Below are positions 61,175-64,000 of a stretch of 64,000 bases of DNA, one piece after another. The position numbers and the translations under genes were made by a program. The stretch comes from Podarcis erhardii (lineage: Eukaryota), in NCBI GenBank assembly GCA_964252035.1, contig OZ176205.1. One strand, 5' to 3'. The notes below the pieces were generated by a model. The model made no database searches. It was not told where the DNA came from and saw only the letters and a program-made list of their open reading frames with translations. Every line of letters begins with the position of its first letter. The first letter of the stretch is position 1.

Positions 61175-64000
61175 ATCTAGACCAATAGATAACTCAAATT
61201 CCATGTTGGAAATAAAAAGGAGAAAAAGGCTTTACAAATAGAAATGTGTTTTTTTTTATTTAGATTGACCTGTTATTTACTTTGAATTGTTCACGCTACT
61301 TGAACTGTTTCAGTTAATAGAATAGATCACATCATTTTGAAGCCATGTTGTAGAAAATGGAATAAGCTCTTCCCTAGGTCTTACCTTGCTATTAACAGGA
61401 ATATATTATTCAAACAAGCTATAAATACACTTTCTGAAGAAAAGACCAGCTGTATTTTCATCTCATTTTATGGTTATATAACATGTCAGAAACAGCAGCA
61501 CAAATACCACCTCGCATGTAAAAAAAGAAATATACACATTACTAATTTTAACTGCAAAAATGTTTTTGATGAATATGTGTGTTTTCTATTGGTAAACTGG
61601 TTTGACATAGGGACTTGAATCTATAAAAGAAAAAGAAAGCCAAAATGTCATTTAATAAGTCATACACAGTTTCATGCCCACCCCCTTTCCCTCATATGCT
61701 CGACTTACGGTGGCAGCACTGCTTTTTGTTTTGCTTCACTCACATCTCTGTGGACTAAGTCAAGCAGAATTGTGAAATGGCTCGTGAAATATTTCAGAGT
61801 TGGTATGAGGATAAGGACTCACCAACATGTAATGAGAATTGCTCCCTGTTTATTTCCATGAAGAATCTTCTGGTGTAGTGAGAAGTGATACTAGTGAAAG
61901 AAGAGGAATGTGTTATTTGGATTGCTTGTGTGTCCAAATTAACTAGTAGAGTATGCTGTGTTCCAGAGCAAGTCAAAGGTTTTTGTGCACACATCTATGC
62001 CCTTTCCATTCATATCTGACACACAGAGGACACAAGTGTCATTGTTGGCATGCCTGTTTTATTTTTGGTAAAAGGTTTCTAGGCCATCTTTCAGACAAAA
62101 GTTTCAAGGTAGCTAACAAAAAAATCAGTTGGCTTTAGTAGGATGATGTGGAGTAGGCAATCTACGAGGTATGAGAACTAAACAATTCAGAGGAAAACTA
62201 TCTTGAGTTGCTCCTGAAGGCTATAGAAAATGCTGCAACACAAGTGTAATTTTGCTGGTGGTAGCCTATTCTACTTCCTCCCAATGTCTCTTGGCAGGCT
62301 TTCTCCCATCCTCATTCTTCCCCACCCACTTCAAACATCCATCCATTCCCTTATCTGGACAGCTGTATATGAGAAACTTCATATAATTTCAGCTGTTGCA
62401 CTTCAGTAGAATTTATTGGGAATGGAATGCTGACTGTCTGTTGGGGTGTGCGGAAGAAAACTGGGAGGGAAGAGAAATGCAATGGGGAGTGCTGAACAGG
62501 ATCACTCTACACTGCATCTCTTTGTTGCATACTTTACATGCATTTCTTCAAATTATAAGAAAGCTGCAAGGGAGATGGGCAAAGGGAGGGATAAATTCCC
62601 CCAAGGACACCCCCCAGGCCCTTTGTAATCAGGACTGAATGAGCAAACCGTCTCTTGGCATGGAGCAGCTGTTGAGGGCAGGTTCCAAACTCTCTCTTGG
62701 AATTCCGAACATTGGTAGAAAGAAATTCTAGTCTTGACGTCAATGGCAGTTCTATTATGAGAAATTTAAAGGCAAAAAGATAATGCCTTCATGGATGTTC
62801 CAAGGCTCTCCTACCCTGAGACTTGGAAAATGATTGATTGTACTGTGCTGTTCACCTTGTCGCCTATAATGCGTAGGTTCTGAGAATACACACTGGCTTC
62901 AAAGGTATCAGAATCCACCGCTTACTGGAATAAGCAAACAAACATAAACTAGAATGCTTGAATTTCACTCCAGTGTGAAATCAATGTAACAAACGGATGA
63001 TTTTAACTGGGTTAGGCAGTCAAAAAAGCCTGGATAGAGAATATGTGGTTGGGTTCTCTCTTAACAGGCGTGCAAACTGGCTCTTTGGGAAAGAGAAGAG
63101 TGAAACTATAATACATAGTTTAAGTCATGGTCTTTTGTAAGTCATACTTACTGCGATCTACGGTTAACTGAAAAGCAACTATTAGCCCCTATTTACTTTT
63201 ATATTTTCCCTGAAACAATTGAAATTGGCTCTTATTGCTTCTGCTGTTTCAGCTACCTGATTGTACTGTCCACCTATATATTGGTGCCACCTGCAACTAA
63301 AATGACTGCAAAAAACTGACAGGTTGCTTTTTGTACCCTACTCTGTGCTAGGCTTTTCCCCCCAACATTTGACATTCCATGAGGAAAGCAAATTCACGCA
63401 AAGGCTTAATCTATTTTGTATCTGTCACTCATGCCTAGAGGGTAGCATGGAAAGTGACTGGTGCTGCGAGGCAATCAATCATTCAGTTGTGTTGCTGCTA
63501 GTGAAGCACTTGCAATTTGCTTTTATAGGCTGAATGTGAAGAAATCAAAACCAATGTCCTGGGAGCAGGAGACATGGCCTGTGCTTTATAAGATTTTTAC
63601 TTTCCCATAATTTTTGTTGTTAATTGCATGCCATCTCTATCCTGTTAACCAATTCCTCACAACTAAGAAATCAGGGGTGTTGTTGTTGTTTTTTATCTAA
63701 CAGTTTCGTTTTTCACACTTATTACTTTATCACAGTGTGCAAAATTTGACCAGTGTCTGAAATACATAGGTCCATATACAAAAGGAAAGTGGGGGTTAAG
63801 GTTTTTCCTCCCCTATCAGCAATTCATTCAGATTCAGAGGGAGAAGGACATTGAACAGTTAACTGCAGAAAGGGAACACTGCAGAGTTTTGGCTGTAGTT
63901 AGCTTGGGAAGTGACGTCTTACAGCATTTGCTGTTCTAGAAAGAGCACAGACACGTAGTATAATTGGGAGGGCTCTGGGTGGCAGTGTCTCTACCACTGT

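Noticed and set aside
55800-64000. DNAJB4 coding sequence expected from synteny
   Set aside because: No J-domain start (MGKDYY) or HPD motif was found by eye; the CDS probably lies beyond the window.

Overview
Vertebrate genomic DNA from a squamate reptile, probably a lacertid lizard (inferred from the Sauria/Squam SINEs and lizard-type MITEs). Two intact genes lie tail-to-tail. NEXN (nexilin) is on the + strand, CDS 7707-22916/23014, in 12 coding exons plus an alternative terminal exon. FUBP1 (far upstream element-binding protein 1) is on the - strand, CDS 54997 down to 28686, in 20 core exons plus a 60-nt cassette exon. All exon boundaries were read by hand; every intron is GT-AG and the frame is continuous. 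A CpG-island promoter at about 54.2-55.8 kb drives FUBP1 and appears bidirectional. By mammalian synteny DNAJB4 should follow, but its CDS was not found in the window. Introns carry SINEs, L2/CR1 fragments, Tc1/mariner-, hAT- and Harbinger-like MITEs and microsatellites, and there are three N gaps. I found no new gene family or prokaryote-type system. The most interesting signal is a dense layer of candidate RNA-processing switches in FUBP1: at least three alternative C-termini, a 3'UTR splice donor at the cleavage position of the proximal polyA signal, an exon that begins with a strong donor motif (recursive-splice-like), an extra tyrosine-motif cassette, and candidate cassette/poison exons, one bracketed by an inverted repeat. 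Comparisons with mammalian proteins are from memory and were not computed.
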